Notes under the pieces: model-generated
What the model was told of the DNA's origin: nothing
Seen by the model: the letters and a program-made list of their open reading frames with translations, nothing else
The model's database searches: none
In this document: one piece after another, positions 25,526 to 28,016 of the stretch
How positions within the stretch are numbered: position 1 is the stretch's first letter
Layout: every line of letters begins with the position of its first letter
DNA from: an uncultured archaeon
Lineage (GTDB): Archaea > Aenigmatarchaeota > Aenigmatarchaeia > QMZS01
NCBI GenBank assembly: GCA_964498505.1
Contig: CAZCGS010000001.1
Coordinates: forward strand, 1 to 28,016
Length of the DNA: 28,016 nt
Direction of reading: 5' to 3'
Program-made: the position numbers and the translations under genes

Positions 25526-26345
25526 TTACCTTAGGTTTTCCCTGCTTTTGGCTTTGCTAGCAGGGATTCTGCTTTGGATCGGTTATTACCTTGCTGGACC
25601 TTTCGGTTTAACCCTTGCTCTGATTCTTGCAATTGCCGCAAATTTCTTTGCCTATTTTTATTCTGATAAAATCGTCTTGACAATGTACCATGCCAAACCT
25701 CTGGCAAATAAGGAAATTGATGAAATTGTCGAGGAGCTAAGCAAGGAGGCGGGGATTCCAAAACCAAAACTTTATTTGGTGATGGAGGAGCAGCCAAATG
25801 CCTTCGCAACAGGAAGAAATCCAAAGCATAGCGCAATAGCCGTTACCTCCGGCTTATTAAAAGTTTTGAATAGAGAAGAGATAGCTGGAGTTTTAAGCCA
25901 TGAAATAGCCCATATAAAAAACAGGGACATTTTAATTTCCAGCATAGTGGCTACCCTGGCAGGAGCAATTTCATATTTAGCAGAGCTTCTCTGGTGGAGC
26001 TCCCTGTTCGAAGGGGAAGGAGAAGACGGTAAAAACCTACTTTTTGCCCTACCTGTAATTATTTTAGCTCCGATAGCCGCCTTGCTAATCCAACTTGCAA
26101 TTTCAAGAGGGAGAGAGTTCCTAGCTGACGAAACAGGAGCGAAAATCAGCAAAAAGCCTTTAGCATTGGCAAGCGCTTTGAGAAAAATTGCGGGCTATGC
26201 TAAGGAAATGCCTTTTTCTTCAGGTTCAAAAGCAACCTCCCATTTATGGATAGTAAACCCTTTCTCTCAAGATTTTCTTGCAAGGCTTTTCTCAACCCAT
26301 CCTCCGATTGAAGAAAGGATAAAAAGATTGGAAAAGCTAGCTTAG
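25512..26345 (+). CDS. htpX: Zinc metalloprotease HtpX (peptidase M48)
   Basis: PNAFATGRNP, HEIAH, REFLAD and FSTHPP. The second ATG (25512) is the likelier start. Confidence 0.95.
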   Translation: MALLDYLRFSLLLALLAGILLWIGYYLAGPFGLTLALILAIAANFFAYFYSDKIVLTMYHAKPLANKEIDEIVEELSKEAGIPKPKLYLVMEEQPNAFATGRNPKHSAIAVTSGLLKVLNREEIAGVLSHEIAHIKNRDILISSIVATLAGAISYLAELLWWSSLFEGEGEDGKNLLFALPVIILAPIAALLIQLAISRGREFLADETGAKISKKPLALASALRKIAGYAKEMPFSSGSKATSHLWIVNPFSQDFLARLFSTHPPIEERIKRLEKLA

Positions 26346-26387
26346 TTTCCTTGTTTCCTTATAAATGCCTTTTAAGGAAACAGGATT

Positions 26388-26984
26388 ATGAGAATTCCGA
26401 TCAAAAAGGAAAGGGTTTTCAGGGCAATAATCCTAAGGGAAAATTTCGGTTTTAAGGAAATTTTGAAAGAAACAGGACTCTCAAAATCTTTTGTCTCAAA
26501 AATACTTTCAGAGCTCGAAGAGGAAAATCTAATTTTGAGCACCGGAGAAAAGTTTAAGGTTTTGGATAAAATAGAGCTGATAAAAGCTTGGGCTTCCCTA
26601 AAAAGAAAAATCCTATTTAGCCTGAAACCTTTCAAAATTTTTATGTTTGTAAAGTCAAAAATAAAAGAGCTTAAAAACTATGCTATTTCCGGAAGCTTTG
26701 CGGAAAGCTTAATAAACCATCAAACTCGAGGAGAGGAAATGGTTGTTTATGTTCCGAAGGAAAAGTTGGAGGAAGTGGTAAGAATTATTGGAAAATACAA
26801 AAGTAAAAATCCGAACATCTTTATTTACGGTTATGATTGGCATCTATTTAAATACTCTTGGAAGCTTAGGGGATGGAGTTTGGTTTCGATTCCTGAGCTG
26901 TGCGCAGATTTAATAGCTCTAGCAATCCATGCTGATGTAGGATTGGAGTTGTTTAAAAGATGGCTATCCCAATCAAAAAGGTGA
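26388..26984 (+). CDS. Winged-helix regulator with an AbiEi_2-like (type IV TA antitoxin) C-terminal domain
   Basis: HTH GFKEILKETGLSKSFVSKILSEL; LIKAW, YAISG, VVYVP and LVSIPELCADL. Confidence 0.65.
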   Translation: MRIPIKKERVFRAIILRENFGFKEILKETGLSKSFVSKILSELEEENLILSTGEKFKVLDKIELIKAWASLKRKILFSLKPFKIFMFVKSKIKELKNYAISGSFAESLINHQTRGEEMVVYVPKEKLEEVVRIIGKYKSKNPNIFIYGYDWHLFKYSWKLRGWSLVSIPELCADLIALAIHADVGLELFKRWLSQSKR

Positions 26985-26988
26985 AAAA

Positions 26989-27060
26989 ATGCTTGTAGAG
27001 AAAGAAATGGCTGGGATATCATTTCAGGAACTTAAAAAATTATGGAATAAAAAATCTTAA
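26989..27060 (+). pseudogene. 23-codon ORF with an SD site; possible remnant of the downstream partner gene
   Basis: GGTGA directly upstream of ATG; encodes MLVEKEMAGISFQELKKLWNKKS*. Confidence 0.3.
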
Positions 27061-27097
27061 AACCAGTTTTCTGTCAATTTTAAAATAAAACCAAAAA

Positions 27098-28016
27098 TCA
27101 TTCCGGACAAACATAGGCAATAGCCACATAATCTGCAGTGCTGAGAGGATTACTATAAGAATCTGCAAAAGTTACATCAGTAAAGGCAGATTTCAAGGTG
27201 GTAGTTAGGGTTGCACAATTTCCTACTTTGGTTGTAGTTACATTTGCCTTTCTTAAACAATGCCTTGTTGTTGGGTCATAGATTGGATGGTCGGCAGGGC
27301 AGTAAACGCAAACAACCTCATCCTCCTTAATGAAAACCTCTCCCGGGTCTGCTGGAGGACACCTAGGCTCTGCATAGCAAAGATTATGCTCTTCATCATA
27401 GTCTGGATAATCTTCTGGGCAATATGCCACCTTAGCGGAAGCTCCAATATTTAGTCCATCAGCCCAGGCTTTGTAACTTACCCAATTAAGTACAACACCC
27501 TCTAAATTTCTTGCACAAAAAGTAGCCTCGGATTTTGTTTGTGGAAAGCCTCCACTATTCCATATTGCACAATCATCTCTCCTATCGCCAAGGAATGGAC
27601 AAGGAAAGTAAGGAGGGTCTTCACAACTACCATAATGTATTCCTTCTCCTTTTACTTTTGCATATAAGTATCCTCCATCGCTATATGCATCAGTAACACA
27701 GGTTGAACTGTAATCTGATAAAGTACATGACACGCTAACTTCATCTACAAGAGCACCAGAAGCATTCTTTGGCTTTGCTATTTCACGCACAGGATCAGCT
27801 CCAATTATTAGCTTTATTGGCGGGTTACCGCCATAATCGCAAACCGTAATTTTTACATCGCAGTTTCCCTTTGGTAAAGAAATTGGAACCGAAGAAATTC
27901 CGTAGTTGTTTGCATTGTCTCTCAGAACAATTACTCCCTGCAATGGCATTCCTCCAACTCCACCTCCAGCCAGCAAATCTGCAGCTTCCAAACCATCAAC
28001 CTTGTCAGCGTTTAGT
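27098..28016 (-). CDS. 3' part of a Cys-rich extracellular protein with a fibre-type LNADKVDG motif; 5' end off the window
   Basis: The frame stays open beyond the TTG at 27991 to the window edge (LNADKVDGLEAADLL). C-terminal CP-x-D-x-P-x-YD motifs. Confidence 0.8.
   Translation of the reverse strand, partial: LNADKVDGLEAADLLAGGGVGGMPLQGVIVLRDNANNYGISSVPISLPKGNCDVKITVCDYGGNPPIKLIIGADPVREIAKPKNASGALVDEVSVSCTLSDYSSTCVTDAYSDGGYLYAKVKGEGIHYGSCEDPPYFPCPFLGDRRDDCAIWNSGGFPQTKSEATFCARNLEGVVLNWVSYKAWADGLNIGASAKVAYCPEDYPDYDEEHNLCYAEPRCPPADPGEVFIKEDEVVCVYCPADHPIYDPTTRHCLRKANVTTTKVGNCATLTTTLKSAFTDVTFADSYSNPLSTADYVAIAYVCPE

Noticed and set aside
1-28016. tRNA, rRNA, CRISPR, transposase or integrase
   Set aside because: Intergenic gaps are mostly under 100 bp and AT-rich, and no such motifs were found.

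Overview
An archaeal chromosomal window, gene-dense and mostly on the minus strand. The lineage is probably DPANN-like; this is inferred from the eL40 variant, the short stand-alone RNA polymerase subunit D and the giant Cys-rich surface proteins. Housekeeping genes are dph6, an MTA/SAH/5'-dA deaminase, purM, a MEMO1-family protein, thermosome, a polyprenyl synthase, PCNA, Rpo3, eL40, pcm, an ADP-dependent sugar kinase and htpX. Interspersed are three large secreted or surface proteins, a BsaWI-like type II R-M pair, DUF488, a frameshifted PIN toxin and an orphan AbiEi-like regulator. The ORF track missed or truncated four real genes: a >874-aa surface protein at the left edge, rpl40e, a 50-aa ORF upstream of the PIN gene, and the 5' part of the right-edge gene. 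The three strongest leads are: (1) a paralog of methanogen-type SerRS that keeps the tRNA-binding domain but has lost catalytic motifs 2 and 3; (2) a single-chain RaSEA-ArcS(DUF5591) fusion beside the R-M locus; (3) three copies of a 20-bp palindromic, promoter-like repeat that divide a 1015-bp insert between pcna and rpo3 into two one-gene cassettes. No rRNA, tRNA, CRISPR array or transposase was seen. Family assignments rest on motif recognition from memory, not on database searches.
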